46,697 nucleotides of DNA from Candidatus Micrarchaeia archaeon. GTDB taxonomy: Archaea > Micrarchaeota > Micrarchaeia > Burarchaeales > JAVZCV01. The stretch lies in assembly GCA_038874215.1 (NCBI GenBank), contig JAVZCV010000006.1, positions 1 through 46,697 on the forward strand, read 5' to 3'. The notes beneath the pieces were generated by a model. That model saw nothing but the letters and a program-made list of their open reading frames with translations. It was not told where the DNA came from and searched no databases. A program made the translations under genes and the position numbers. The stretch's first letter is position 1. Every line of letters starts with the position of its first letter. This document shows positions 9,624-19,322 of the stretch, one piece after another.

Positions 9624-9709
9624 GACGCTTTTTCAGAAGCGTTCATCATATAGACACCTTAGACTGCGCTCACGAATTACTCGCTGGGCGTAAATGGGGT
9701 CTGTTTATG
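9624..9709 (+). promoter_or_regulatory. Structured 5' leader of rpl3 (two hairpins; the second covers the RBS/start codon)
   Basis: GACGCTTT/AGAAGCGTT (9624-9643); ATAGACACC/GGGGTCTGT enclosing TGCGCTCA/TGGGCGTA and CGA/TCG (9647-9709). Confidence 0.5.
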
Positions 9710-10669
9710 GGAAAGAGAAGCAAACACAGGCGAGGTTCTCTCGCATTAAGACCAAGAAAACGGGCACTAAGCCAATCGCCAAGAATGCGGACGTGGCCCA
9801 AAAGCCACGATTTGGCTATTTTGGGCTATGCCTGCTATAAGGCAGGGATGACGCATGTAACAATGGTTGATGATACGCCAGGCTCTCCATCAAAAGGCAT
9901 GGAAATTTTCGTGCCAGTTACAGTTCTTGAATGTCCACCACTTCACATATTTGGCGTAAGACTTTACGGTACTGATACATACGGTAGAAAAACACTCCGA
10001 GAGGCATACGAGGGTGAAGTACTTAAGAAGATTAGTTTAAAGCAGAAGCCTACTTCAGAAGTAGAAAAGCTCTTAGATTCCGCAACAGATGCTTCTGTTC
10101 TTGCAGTAGTTTTTCCACCTTCCTCAACGGGTAAAAAAACCCCCGATATACTTGAAATATCGGTGGGCGGGAATGGGAAGAGCTTGCAGGAGAAATTCGA
10201 GTTCTGCAAATCACTGCTTGGTAAGGAGATCCATGTTAGCGATGTGCTTCGTGCTGGGGATTATGTTGATACAATAGCAGTAACAAAAGGAAAGGGATGG
10301 CAGGGACCTGTTAAGCGTTTCGGGGTGGCAAAGCAGAGGAGAAAGGCAACGGGTAAAGTAAGACATGTTGGAACTCTCGGCCCGTGGCATCCTGCTCGTG
10401 TCATGTATACTGTTCCGCAGGCAGGACAGATGGGCTATCACAGAAGAACAGAGTATGGGAAAAGAATAATAAAAATTGGAAAAGCAGGCGAAAACATAAC
10501 ACCCGTTGGCGGTTTCCCGCACTACGGAGTTGTCAAAAACGATTTCATACTTCTAAAAGGGTCTGTTCAGGGACCTCAAAAAAGGCTTATCAAGTTGCGA
10601 AAATCTTTGAGACCCAAACCCGTAATGGAGCCGGTTGTATCCTATATATCTTTAACAAGTAAGCAGTGA
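9707..10669 (+). CDS. rpl3: 50S ribosomal protein uL3
   Basis: RRGSL..RPRKRA, YKAGMTH, TKGKGWQGPVKRFG, QAGQMGYHRRTE. Confidence 0.98.
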   Translation: MGKRSKHRRGSLALRPRKRALSQSPRMRTWPKSHDLAILGYACYKAGMTHVTMVDDTPGSPSKGMEIFVPVTVLECPPLHIFGVRLYGTDTYGRKTLREAYEGEVLKKISLKQKPTSEVEKLLDSATDASVLAVVFPPSSTGKKTPDILEISVGGNGKSLQEKFEFCKSLLGKEIHVSDVLRAGDYVDTIAVTKGKGWQGPVKRFGVAKQRRKATGKVRHVGTLGPWHPARVMYTVPQAGQMGYHRRTEYGKRIIKIGKAGENITPVGGFPHYGVVKNDFILLKGSVQGPQKRLIKLRKSLRPKPVMEPVVSYISLTSKQ

Positions 10670-10674
10670 TTGTT

Positions 10675-11469
10675 ATGAGAACAGTTCCTATCTACGGTAT
10701 TGATGGTAAAAAGAAAGGAGAGATTGCTATCCCAGTCATATTCTCCGAGCCAGTCAGAGAGGAGATAATAAGAAGAGCATTTATTGCCGAGCAAACGCTT
10801 CTCTATCAGCCAAAGGGCACTATGCCAATGGCAGGCATGCGAACAACAGCAGAGTACATAGGAAGAAAAGAGTCATACAGGGCTATTAAAAACAGGGGCA
10901 TATCTCGGCTCCCGAGAGAAAAGCTCCCAAAAGGAAGGTTTGGCAGAGTCAGAATGGTTCCACATTCTGTTGGAGGAAGAAGGGCGCATCCACCGAAACC
11001 AGAGAAAAAACTGATTGAGCTTATCAATAGAAAAGAATACATGAAGGCTCTAAGGAGTGCAATAGCCGCAACTGCTGTGAAAGAATGGATAACTGCAAGA
11101 GGCTATTCCCACGATCTAGAAGTACCGATAGTTCTTGATAACAAATTTGAAGAAATGAAGAAAACAAAGGAAGTTGCCGAGACTTTGCGTTTGCTTGGCT
11201 TGGATGGAGAAATCAAAAGGGGCTCTATAGTAAAAGCGCGCTCGGGCGTTCGTAAGAGAAAAGGAGGAACAAAAAGACCAAAAACAGTTCTCATAGTTGT
11301 TTCTGAAGACAAAGGCATTTTGAAGGCGGCAAGAAACATCGCAGGCGCTGATGCATCCCTTGTGAAAGAACTAACAGTTAGCACTCTCGCACCAGGAGGA
11401 GTCCCAGGTAGAATAACCATCTGGAGTGAGGGTGCAATAAGATATTTGAGTGAGGCGTATGGCTCTTAA
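10675..11469 (+). CDS. rpl4: 50S ribosomal protein uL4
   Basis: GGRRAHPPK, ARNIAGAD, LAPGGVPGRITIW. Confidence 0.97.
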   Translation: MRTVPIYGIDGKKKGEIAIPVIFSEPVREEIIRRAFIAEQTLLYQPKGTMPMAGMRTTAEYIGRKESYRAIKNRGISRLPREKLPKGRFGRVRMVPHSVGGRRAHPPKPEKKLIELINRKEYMKALRSAIAATAVKEWITARGYSHDLEVPIVLDNKFEEMKKTKEVAETLRLLGLDGEIKRGSIVKARSGVRKRKGGTKRPKTVLIVVSEDKGILKAARNIAGADASLVKELTVSTLAPGGVPGRITIWSEGAIRYLSEAYGS

Positions 11470-11707
11470 ATATCCAATAACAACGGAAAAGGCTATCGCG
11501 CTGATAGAATTACAGAATAAAATGCTTTTTGTTGTTGATAAGAATGCTACTAAGAAAGAAATAAAGGAGGAGTTTGAGAAGACTTATGGCGTGAAAGTTG
11601 AGAAAGTTACAACATACATAACCACAAAAGGAGAAAAGCGGGCATACATAAAACTTTCAAAGGAACACTCGGCTGATGAGATAGCAGCAAAATGGAAGAT
11701 TGCGTAA
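11459..11707 (+). CDS. rpl23: 50S ribosomal protein uL23
   Basis: YPITTEKA, NKMLFVV, KRAYIKL; ATG at 11459. Confidence 0.96.
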   Translation: MALKYPITTEKAIALIELQNKMLFVVDKNATKKEIKEEFEKTYGVKVEKVTTYITTKGEKRAYIKLSKEHSADEIAAKWKIA

Positions 11708-11717
11708 TGGTGAGGAT

Positions 11718-12440
11718 ATGGGGAAGCATCTAAGACAGCAAAGGCGCGGCAAAGGCTCACCAACATACCGAAGGCCATCACACAGGTTCGTTAGCGATGC
11801 GAGATATAGGAAATACGATGCATTAGAGAAAGAGGGCTCGTTTTTAGGGTATGTGCGGGATTTTGTTGATGACCGTGCAAGGGACCCATTGCTTATGGAC
11901 GTCGTTTTAGAGAATGGAGAAAACCTCATGCTCATAGCGCCCGAGGGCATAAAAGCGGGCGATACCATAGAGATGGGAATTAAGGCAAAGCCAACGCTCG
12001 GGAGTGTTTTGCCACTTGCAGCGATACCTGACGGCCTTCCTATATACAACATTGAGTTGAACCCTGGTGATGGCGGAAAATTCGTTCGCTCTGCAGGGGC
12101 ATGTGCGTATGTTGTATCCCACGAGGAAAACGGCGTTACGATAATGCTTCCATCAAAAAAAATGAGGAACTTCAACCCTCTTTGCAGGGCACAGGTAGGC
12201 GTTATATGTGCTGGTGGAATGAAAGAGAAACCAATCATGAAAGCCGGGAAGAAGTTCTACATGATGAAGGCACGTAATCTGGACTATCCCTGTGTTCGTG
12301 GTGTTGCCATGAATCCAGTTGCACACCCGTTCGGAGGAAAAGAGCACCACAGGGGAAGGTCCTCTTGCGTTTCTCGTAATGCACCGCCAGGACGAAAAGT
12401 TGGCCATCTTGCTGCCAAGAGCACTGGAAGGAGGAAATGA
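11718..12440 (+). CDS. rpl2: 50S ribosomal protein uL2
   Basis: QQRRGKGSP, VRGVAMNPVAHPFGG, PPGRKVG. Confidence 0.98.
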   Translation: MGKHLRQQRRGKGSPTYRRPSHRFVSDARYRKYDALEKEGSFLGYVRDFVDDRARDPLLMDVVLENGENLMLIAPEGIKAGDTIEMGIKAKPTLGSVLPLAAIPDGLPIYNIELNPGDGGKFVRSAGACAYVVSHEENGVTIMLPSKKMRNFNPLCRAQVGVICAGGMKEKPIMKAGKKFYMMKARNLDYPCVRGVAMNPVAHPFGGKEHHRGRSSCVSRNAPPGRKVGHLAAKSTGRRK

Positions 12441-12449
12441 GGTGTTGGG

Positions 12450-12851
12450 ATGCCAAGAAGGTTAAAATTCAGAGGGAAAACTCTTGAAGAACTAAAGATG
12501 CTCACGATAAACGAGTTTGCAAAATTCCTAGATGCACGTGCACGGAGGTACATAAAAAAAGCACCCGTCTCATACCGTAATCTTATAGAAAAAGTGAAGC
12601 GGATTACAGAGCGAAAGCAAGAAGGAAAAGAGAAAATAATAAAGACACATGTGCGCGAGGCAGTCATACTCCCGAGCTGGGTTGGTCTCAAATTCGGGGT
12701 TCATAATGGAAAAGAGTTCAAAGTCTTTGAGATAACTTTTGATATGGTTGGGAGAAGGCTTGGCGAGTTCTCGCATACAACGGGCAGGGTAATACACTCT
12801 GGGCCAGGCGTTGGAGCAACACGTGGTAGCAAGTTCATACCCTTGAAGTGA
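12450..12851 (+). CDS. rps19: 30S ribosomal protein uS19
   Basis: IKTHVRE, HNGKEF, GPGVGATRGSKFIPLK. Confidence 0.97.
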   Translation: MPRRLKFRGKTLEELKMLTINEFAKFLDARARRYIKKAPVSYRNLIEKVKRITERKQEGKEKIIKTHVREAVILPSWVGLKFGVHNGKEFKVFEITFDMVGRRLGEFSHTTGRVIHSGPGVGATRGSKFIPLK

Positions 12852-12855
12852 TATC

Positions 12856-13365
12856 ATGCCGGAATACGGTTATTCCTACAAAACAAATGGCCTTTGTGCG
12901 AAGGCGCAACTTTACGACATAGACGCATCTTTTAAGGACCTCTCGCAAGTTTGCAGCGCAATAAAGGGAAAACCCACAGATGTTGCTTTGAAGTTTTTGA
13001 ATGATGTAAAAAAGATGGAGAAACCCGTAGTGTATAGAAAGTTTAACAAAAAGCTCGGGCACAGAAGCGAGCTCGGCGGTAAAAAAGGCAGATATCCTAA
13101 GAAAGCTGCAGGCATAGTCCTACAGGTTCTGAAAAATGCGATCGCAAACGCAGAGTTTATGGGCATAGTGCATCCCTATGTCAAGCATGCGTGTGCAAAT
13201 AAGCAGAGCATTTTCTATCGCATCGCCCCAAAGGGAAGGCTGATGCGCTCAAACTATGAAACAGCTCGCGTTGAAATAATCTTGGAAGAGATGCCAGAGG
13301 ATATGCTAAAAAAACTTGAGGCTAAAAAAACAAAAAAACAAGAAAAAAAGATACGCGGTGAGTGA
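12856..13365 (+). CDS. rpl22: 50S ribosomal protein uL22
   Basis: GRYPKKAA, LKNAIANAE; operon position. Confidence 0.96.
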   Translation: MPEYGYSYKTNGLCAKAQLYDIDASFKDLSQVCSAIKGKPTDVALKFLNDVKKMEKPVVYRKFNKKLGHRSELGGKKGRYPKKAAGIVLQVLKNAIANAEFMGIVHPYVKHACANKQSIFYRIAPKGRLMRSNYETARVEIILEEMPEDMLKKLEAKKTKKQEKKIRGE

Positions 13366-14037
13366 ATGGCCGTAGAAAGAAAATTCATAGAAGGTGCGAT
13401 AAGCAAGCATCTTGTAGCGCAATTCCTAGAGCAGGAGCTTGACAAGGCTGGCTTTTCAACCGTTGAAATACAGAGAACTCCTATGGTTACAAGAATTGCG
13501 GTTGCTGTTTCAAATCCAGGACGCGTTATAGGGAGAAAGGGCAAGGCAATCAAAGACCTTACAGAAATCGTCCAGAATAAATTTGGAATAGAGAATCCAC
13601 AGATAAGCGTTGTTGAGGTATCCACACCAGAGCTGGAGCCTCGGCTAATGGCGAAACGTGTTGTAAAGCTTATAGAAATGGGTAAGAACATTCGCCGAGT
13701 TCTGCATGCAAACCTGAAGGCAATAATGGATGCAGGTGCGCTCGGCGCTGAGATAATCGCAAGCGGCAAAATCGTCGCAAAGGGAGGCAGGGCAAAAAGC
13801 CTCCGCGTTGCAGCGGGCTATATCCCAAAGGCAGGTGAGCCCGCAAGGCTTGTCCGAGAGGCGCACATAACAGCTTATCCAAAGCCTGGCGCAATAGGCG
13901 TTCTTGTAAGAATCGTGCCGCCTGGGACTCTCTTCCCAGATAAAATAAAACTGCATCGCGTTGAGCTTCCACGTGTTATAAGTTCTGCTGATGAGGCAGA
14001 ACTTGACAAGGAGCAGGAAGATTTGGGTGTTTCATGA
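13366..14037 (+). CDS. rps3: 30S ribosomal protein uS3
   Basis: KH domain PGRVIGRKG, AGALGAEI, GAIGVLVRI. Confidence 0.97.
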   Translation: MAVERKFIEGAISKHLVAQFLEQELDKAGFSTVEIQRTPMVTRIAVAVSNPGRVIGRKGKAIKDLTEIVQNKFGIENPQISVVEVSTPELEPRLMAKRVVKLIEMGKNIRRVLHANLKAIMDAGALGAEIIASGKIVAKGGRAKSLRVAAGYIPKAGEPARLVREAHITAYPKPGAIGVLVRIVPPGTLFPDKIKLHRVELPRVISSADEAELDKEQEDLGVS

Positions 14038-14276
14038 TGGCAATACTGCGTTCTAACGAAATAAGGGAAATGAGCAGAAAGACAAGAGAAGAGAAAATTC
14101 AGGAGCTTAAAAGAGAGCTCAACCAAGAGCTGAGCCTCGTCGCAGCGGGCGGAAGAGCATCAAATCCGGGCAGAATAAGGGAGATACGGCGAACGATCGC
14201 ACGCATACTCACGATAAATAGAGAACAAGACTCATTGGAAGAAAGCCCAAAATCAAAGGATGGAGGTGAAAAATAA
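14034..14276 (+). CDS. rpl29: 50S ribosomal protein uL29
   Basis: NPGRIREIRRTIARILT. Confidence 0.96.
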   Translation: MMAILRSNEIREMSRKTREEKIQELKRELNQELSLVAAGGRASNPGRIREIRRTIARILTINREQDSLEESPKSKDGGEK

Positions 14277-14278
14277 AG

Positions 14279-14584
14279 ATGCCCGACATATGCCCTAAGT
14301 GTGGGTTGCCACAAGACATCTGCGCCTGTGAAGCTCTTGAAAGAGAGGAGACGCAGAGAGTGAAGGTCTATACCACTAAGAAAAAATTTGGTAAGTTGGT
14401 CACCGTTGTGGAAGGGATAGACAAGCACGATATTGACAAGATAACGAAGGAGCTGAAGAGAAAACTCGCATGTGGTGGAACGGTTAAGGAAGGCATGGTG
14501 ATACTGCAGGGTGATCACAAAGAGAAGATGAAAAGCCTGCTCGTAGCTATGGGGTATCCTGAGGAGCGCATCTCCGTCATATGA
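14279..14584 (+). CDS. sui1: Translation initiation factor aIF1/SUI1
   Basis: ICPKCGLP..IC.C, LKRKLACGGTVK, LQGDH. Confidence 0.96.
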   Translation: MPDICPKCGLPQDICACEALEREETQRVKVYTTKKKFGKLVTVVEGIDKHDIDKITKELKRKLACGGTVKEGMVILQGDHKEKMKSLLVAMGYPEERISVI

Positions 14585-14604
14585 TGTGCACTTTCAGTGA
14601 TGCC

Positions 14605-14871
14605 ATGAATCTCAGAAAAAAGTTTCTAAGAGCGCATGAGTTGATAGGGCTTGAGGTCAATGTTGTGAGAAGCACATGCAGGCACATGAACGTTAATGGA
14701 AAAGTCGTTGATGAGACGAGCAACATGCTCATGATAGAAACACGGGGTGGCGTGAAGAAGATACCTAAAAAAACATCGCTTTTCGCATTCAAGGTTGATG
14801 GTGATACTGTGCTCATAGATGGGAGAGATATACTATACGCTCCTGAAAACAGAACGAAGAAGGCAATATAG
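14605..14871 (+). CDS. rnp1: RNase P protein component 1 (Rpp29/Pop4)
   Basis: HELIGLEV, GKVVDETSNML, IPKK; conserved position between sui1 and rps17. Confidence 0.93.
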   Translation: MNLRKKFLRAHELIGLEVNVVRSTCRHMNVNGKVVDETSNMLMIETRGGVKKIPKKTSLFAFKVDGDTVLIDGRDILYAPENRTKKAI

Positions 14872-14879
14872 GTGTTTTG

Positions 14880-15179
14880 ATGGTTGATTGCAGAGATAAA
14901 AATTGCTTTGTGCATGGCTCGGTAAAGACGCGTGGGAAGGTTACCGAAGGGCTTGTAGTGAGCGCGAAGCCAAAGAGGACGGTGATAGTGGAGAGAGACA
15001 CCGTGAAATACATACCGAAATACGAGCGCTTCGCACGTTCAAAATCAAGGATAGTTGCCCATAATCCAGACTGTATAGGGGCAAAAGAGGGCGATATTGT
15101 CCGCGTTGCAGAGTGCCGCAAAATAAGCAAGACAAAGGCATGGACTGTCGTAGAAATAGTAAAGAAAGGCGGTGAGTAA
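14880..15179 (+). CDS. rps17: 30S ribosomal protein uS17
   Basis: [26 protein letters not shown]. Confidence 0.97.
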   Translation: MVDCRDKNCFVHGSVKTRGKVTEGLVVSAKPKRTVIVERDTVKYIPKYERFARSKSRIVAHNPDCIGAKEGDIVRVAECRKISKTKAWTVVEIVKKGGE

Positions 15180-15181
15180 GC

Positions 15182-15580
15182 ATGAAAGCACTTGCTTCAA
15201 GAATACCCCGCGCACTGACGACGGGCTCGCAGCTCGTCTGCGATGACAACAGCGGTGCGAAGGTTATCCAGATAATAGGCGTAATTGGCTGGAAGGGTAG
15301 GCGGGGGCGTCTGCCACGCGTTGGAATAGGCGATGTTGTAATAATCTCGGTAAAGAAAGGAACCCCGAAGATGCGCAAAAAAATAGAGAAGGCAGTAATA
15401 ATACGGCAGAAAAAGGAAATACGCAGGGCGAACGGCATGCGGGTGCAGTTTGAGGACAACGCGGCAGTGCTGATAGACGACGAGGGTTTGCCAAAAGGGA
15501 CAGAGATAAAGGGCGCAATAGCCCGTGAAGTTGCAGAACGATTTCCTAAGGTAGCGGCGATAGCATTTGCGGTGGTGTGA
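15182..15580 (+). CDS. rpl14: 50S ribosomal protein uL14
   Basis: [25 protein letters not shown]. Confidence 0.98.
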   Translation: MKALASRIPRALTTGSQLVCDDNSGAKVIQIIGVIGWKGRRGRLPRVGIGDVVIISVKKGTPKMRKKIEKAVIIRQKKEIRRANGMRVQFEDNAAVLIDDEGLPKGTEIKGAIAREVAERFPKVAAIAFAVV

Positions 15581-16144
15581 ATGACAGGAGTCATATCCGA
15601 AATAAAGGCAAAGGTGCGTGCGCACCAAAAGCAGGTAGTGCCAAGAAAGCCGCGAACGCAGAGAAAAGTACGCTACAACGCACCCATGCATAAGAGAAGA
15701 AAGTTCCTGGGTGTGCATATTTCTGAGGACCTAAGGCGTTCCCTGAACATAAAAACCCGTTCTATCGTAGTTAGAAAAGGGGATAGGGTTAAGATACACT
15801 CGGGCGAGCATAAGGGTAAAACTGGAAAAGTACGCCGCATAGACCTGAAAAGATGCAAGATATTCATTGAAGGCATATCAATAACAAAATCAAAAGGAGC
15901 CGAAAAACTTCTTCCAATAGACCCGTCAAACGTTTCAATAGTTGAGTTTTACACAAAGGACAAGAAGCGAAAATTGCCAGCAGGAGTAGTAAAAGAGGTT
16001 TCAAAAGAAGAAAAAACCGAAAGCGTAGCTACGCCAGAAGCTGCCAAAACTCCACAGGTTTCCAGGGAGACCAAACCGATTCAAGAAAAAGCCTCTCTGG
16101 CAGCTCAAGAACAACCGAAAAATAACGTAAAATCGGAGGGATAA
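15581..16144 (+). CDS. rpl24: 50S ribosomal protein uL24 with N- and C-terminal extensions
   Basis: PRTQRK..YNAPMH, VRKGDRVKI KOW motif, IDPSNV; low-complexity tail. Confidence 0.95.
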   Translation: MTGVISEIKAKVRAHQKQVVPRKPRTQRKVRYNAPMHKRRKFLGVHISEDLRRSLNIKTRSIVVRKGDRVKIHSGEHKGKTGKVRRIDLKRCKIFIEGISITKSKGAEKLLPIDPSNVSIVEFYTKDKKRKLPAGVVKEVSKEEKTESVATPEAAKTPQVSRETKPIQEKASLAAQEQPKNNVKSEG

Positions 16145-16145
16145 G

Positions 16146-16844
16146 ATGGCAAAAAAAGGAGGCTCGTCTCACTTAAAAAGAGTCGCGGTTCCCCGTGCTG
16201 TTCACATAAAACGAAAGACAACAGTATGGAGCGCAAAGCCCGTAGCTGGACCGCACAGAGCGGAGGAGGCAATACCTCTTATAAGCGTTGTTAGAGACAT
16301 ACTGCAACTCGCAGATAATGCGCAGGAGGCTAAAACAATAATCAAAACTGGCAGCATTCTCGTTGACGGTAGGCGCGTGAAGAGCGTGAATTTTCCAGTT
16401 GGTCTTATGGATATAATATCGGTCCCCGCCCTTGACAAATACTACCGCGTAACGATAGATAAAAAAGGCAGGCTAAAGCTTGATGAGATAAAGAAGGATG
16501 ATGCATCATTTAAGCTATGTAGAATTGAAAGGAAAATAACGGGAAAGGGAGGGGTTATTCTGCTCGGCCTACATGATGGCAGGTCACAAATCGCAGACAA
16601 CACATATCATGTCGGAGACACGCTGAAAATTTCAATACCCCAGCAGAAAATAATCGCAAAGTATGCTTTGGAGCCAGGGATGCGCTGTCTCATAACGGGT
16701 GGTAAACACACAGGCGATTTTGCTATCATAGAGGAGGTATTGCGAGGCACGCAAACAAGAGAAAGCGAGACAAAGCTGAAAACAGAGAACTCTACATTTA
16801 CGACCGTTACAAGATATGTTTTTACAGTCGGTGATGCGCTGTAG
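16146..16844 (+). CDS. rps4e: 30S ribosomal protein eS4
   Basis: HLKR, GPH, VDGR..FPVGLMD, ITGGKH.G. Confidence 0.97.
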   Translation: MAKKGGSSHLKRVAVPRAVHIKRKTTVWSAKPVAGPHRAEEAIPLISVVRDILQLADNAQEAKTIIKTGSILVDGRRVKSVNFPVGLMDIISVPALDKYYRVTIDKKGRLKLDEIKKDDASFKLCRIERKITGKGGVILLGLHDGRSQIADNTYHVGDTLKISIPQQKIIAKYALEPGMRCLITGGKHTGDFAIIEEVLRGTQTRESETKLKTENSTFTTVTRYVFTVGDAL

Positions 16845-16852
16845 GTGTTTTC

Positions 16853-17404
16853 ATGGAGCAAGTGCAAACAGAGGTAAAAATAAAGGGAAGAGATGGCAAT
16901 CCGATGCGCGATATACGCGTAGAAAAGCTTACGGTGAATATTGGAGTCGGTGAAGGCGGGAAGAAGCTTGAAAACGCCCTCAAACTTATAGAGAAAATGA
17001 CTGGAAGAAAAGGAGTAATCACAAATGCGCGCGTTAGGAACCCAACTTTTAAAATAAAGAAGGGGGATCCGATAGGCGCGAAAGTGACACTGCGTAAAGG
17101 CGCAGCTGTTGAGTTTTTGAAGAAAGCGTTCCAGGCAGTTGACAACAAAATAAAGAGCTCATCGTTTGATGTTTATGGAAACTTTGCTTTTGGAATCCAT
17201 GAGTACATAGATTTTCCAGGAGTAAAATACGACCCCGAAATAGGAATAATAGGCTTTGATGTTTGCGTCACGCTTTGCAGAAAGGGATTGCGCGTGGCAA
17301 AGAGAAGAGTAGCAAGAAGAGCATTGGATAAAAAGCAGAGAGTGACACGGGAAGAAGCTATCGCATTTGTACAGAATAATTTCAACGTGAGTGTGGTTGA
17401 TTAA
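16853..17404 (+). CDS. rpl5: 50S ribosomal protein uL5
   Basis: NPMRDIRVEKLTVNIGVG, GNFAFGIHEYIDFPG..YDP. Confidence 0.98.
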   Translation: MEQVQTEVKIKGRDGNPMRDIRVEKLTVNIGVGEGGKKLENALKLIEKMTGRKGVITNARVRNPTFKIKKGDPIGAKVTLRKGAAVEFLKKAFQAVDNKIKSSSFDVYGNFAFGIHEYIDFPGVKYDPEIGIIGFDVCVTLCRKGLRVAKRRVARRALDKKQRVTREEAIAFVQNNFNVSVVD

Positions 17405-17584
17405 ATGGCCGAACGAAAAAAGAAAAGTGAGGTAAAGGCACTTCTGCTGAAATTCAGAAAAAGGGGATTGAGAAAATGCCGATTTTGCGGAAATGCGCGC
17501 GGCGTGATCCGCAAGTATCGGCTCTACATATGCAGGAGATGTTTCAGGGAAACTGCCGAGTCCCTCGGGTTTAGGAAATTTTAG
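17405..17584 (+). CDS. rps14: 30S ribosomal protein uS14 (zinc-binding)
   Basis: Missed by the ORF track (59 aa): MAERKKKSEVKALLLKFRKRGLRKCRFCGNARGVIRKYRLYICRRCFRETAESLGFRKF*; CxxC/CxxC; lies between rpl5 and rps8. Confidence 0.96.
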   Translation: MAERKKKSEVKALLLKFRKRGLRKCRFCGNARGVIRKYRLYICRRCFRETAESLGFRKF

Positions 17585-17592
17585 GTGGTTGA

Positions 17593-17982
17593 ATGGCGAA
17601 CGACCCTCTCGCAGATGCGCTGAACGTCATAAAAACGCACGAAATCGCAGGCATAAGCGAATGCACAATAAGGCCTGCATCAAAGCTTATACGCGAAGTG
17701 CTATGCATTTTCCAGAGGTGCAATTACATAGGGGATTTTGAGTTCATAGATGATGGGAAATCCGGCTCCTTCAAAGTTCAACTACTTGGCAATATAAATA
17801 ACTGTGGAGTCATCAAGCCGCGCTTCGCAGTCAAGAAAAACGAATGGGTAAAATGGGAACAGCGTTATATACCAAGCAAGGACTTCGGCCTACTTATCGT
17901 ATCAACACCCCACGGCCTTATGACAAACTCTGAGGCAAAAGAACGCGGTATAGGGGGGAGACTTATCGCCTACATATACTGA
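17593..17982 (+). CDS. rps8: 30S ribosomal protein uS8
   Basis: DPLADAL, INNCGVIKPRF, STPHGLM, GGRLIAYIY. Confidence 0.98.
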   Translation: MANDPLADALNVIKTHEIAGISECTIRPASKLIREVLCIFQRCNYIGDFEFIDDGKSGSFKVQLLGNINNCGVIKPRFAVKKNEWVKWEQRYIPSKDFGLLIVSTPHGLMTNSEAKERGIGGRLIAYIY

Positions 17983-17989
17983 TGGTGGT

Positions 17990-18487
17990 ATGATGATAAC
18001 GATCACGGTGCCTTCTGGTGTTAAAGCCCAAGTCTCAGAAAACGAAATTATAGTAGAAGGACCGAAAGGAAAAGTCTCCAAGTCTTTTAATCCACACCAA
18101 ATTTCAATAGAAAAAAGCGAAGAAGGGCTTGTGCTTAAATCTGAGGATATCTCACTTCTGAATACGTTCAAATCTCATATATATAACATGATAAAAGGAG
18201 TTACTGAGGGACACACAGCAAAAATGCGCGTTGTCTACTCTCACTTCCCAATAAACTTGGAAGTTCGGGATGGTGTTTTGGTAATAAAAAATTTCCTTGG
18301 GGAGAAAGTGCCAAGAAAGGCTAAAATAGTTGGCAACACCAAGCTGGATATAAAAGGTCAGGAGATATTCATTTCGGGGACAAATAAGGAGCATGTCGGC
18401 CAGACAGTCTCAAATATACGCGCGGCAGTTCGCATACCCGGAAAAGACTGCAGGGTTTTCCAAGATGGGATATATTTAGAAGGGTAA
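17990..18487 (+). CDS. rpl6: 50S ribosomal protein uL6
   Basis: VEGPKG, YSHFP, NFLGEK, RVFQDGIY. Confidence 0.97.
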   Translation: MMITITVPSGVKAQVSENEIIVEGPKGKVSKSFNPHQISIEKSEEGLVLKSEDISLLNTFKSHIYNMIKGVTEGHTAKMRVVYSHFPINLEVRDGVLVIKNFLGEKVPRKAKIVGNTKLDIKGQEIFISGTNKEHVGQTVSNIRAAVRIPGKDCRVFQDGIYLEG

Positions 18488-18491
18488 TCAC

Positions 18492-18842
18492 ATGGTTTCA
18501 AAATCGGCAAAAAAGAGAAAACATCCAAAATTTGTTCCGATGAATTTTGGCAGGCGAGGGAGCAAATGTGTTAAGGATAGGTGGAGGAAGCCACGCGGTT
18601 GCGACAACAAAAAAAGGCAGAAGGTTCGTTATGCTGGGAAGATGCCGAATAAAGGCTGGCGCAACCCAAAAAATCTGCGCGGGGTTCATCCATGCGGATA
18701 CAAGGAGGTTCTAATATCAAACATAAAACAATTGGATGGTGTTGGGAAGGAGTGTGCTATTCGCATTTCGGCTACGCTGGGTGAACGAAAGAGATCCGTA
18801 ATACTAAAGAAGGCAAAGGAGTTGGGTCTTAAAGTCTTGTAG
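18492..18842 (+). CDS. rpl32e: 50S ribosomal protein eL32
   Basis: WRKPRG.DNK, RGVHPCGYKEV. Confidence 0.96.
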   Translation: MVSKSAKKRKHPKFVPMNFGRRGSKCVKDRWRKPRGCDNKKRQKVRYAGKMPNKGWRNPKNLRGVHPCGYKEVLISNIKQLDGVGKECAIRISATLGERKRSVILKKAKELGLKVL

Positions 18843-18850
18843 GTGTTTTT

Positions 18851-19318
18851 GTGGGAGTAAAGACAGTTCGCAGGCTTGCTGCCGATATTCTCGGTGTCGG
18901 TGAGAAGAGAATATACATAGATCCCGAGTCAATGGATAGAGTTAAAGAGGCGCTTACACGGGACGATGTCAGGGCACTGATAAAGGAGGGTATAATAACA
19001 AAACGCAAGATACATGGAGTATCGCGAGCACGCGCAAGAAGGCTTCATGAACAGAGAAAAAAAGGAAGGCGAAGGGGACGAGGCAGCATAAGAGGTAAAA
19101 AATACTCAAAGGTGAAGAGGAAGCGAATATGGATGAACAAACTTAGGGCACAAAGAAAATTGCTTAAACTTTTGCGGGAGAAAGGCGCAATAAAGAAAGA
19201 CGTGTACAGACGTCTATATGGTATGGCGAAAGGAGGAGCATTCAAGAGCAAGTCCGCACTCCTCACATATCTTCAAGAACACGGCCTGGCTAAGGAGGCA
19301 TCAATAAAATTGAAGTGA
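18851..19318 (+). CDS. rpl19e: 50S ribosomal protein eL19
   Basis: RRLAADILGVG, TRDDVR, GRRRGRGS..G, AKGG.F. Confidence 0.97.
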   Translation: MGVKTVRRLAADILGVGEKRIYIDPESMDRVKEALTRDDVRALIKEGIITKRKIHGVSRARARRLHEQRKKGRRRGRGSIRGKKYSKVKRKRIWMNKLRAQRKLLKLLREKGAIKKDVYRRLYGMAKGGAFKSKSALLTYLQEHGLAKEASIKLK

Positions 19319-19322
19319 TGGT

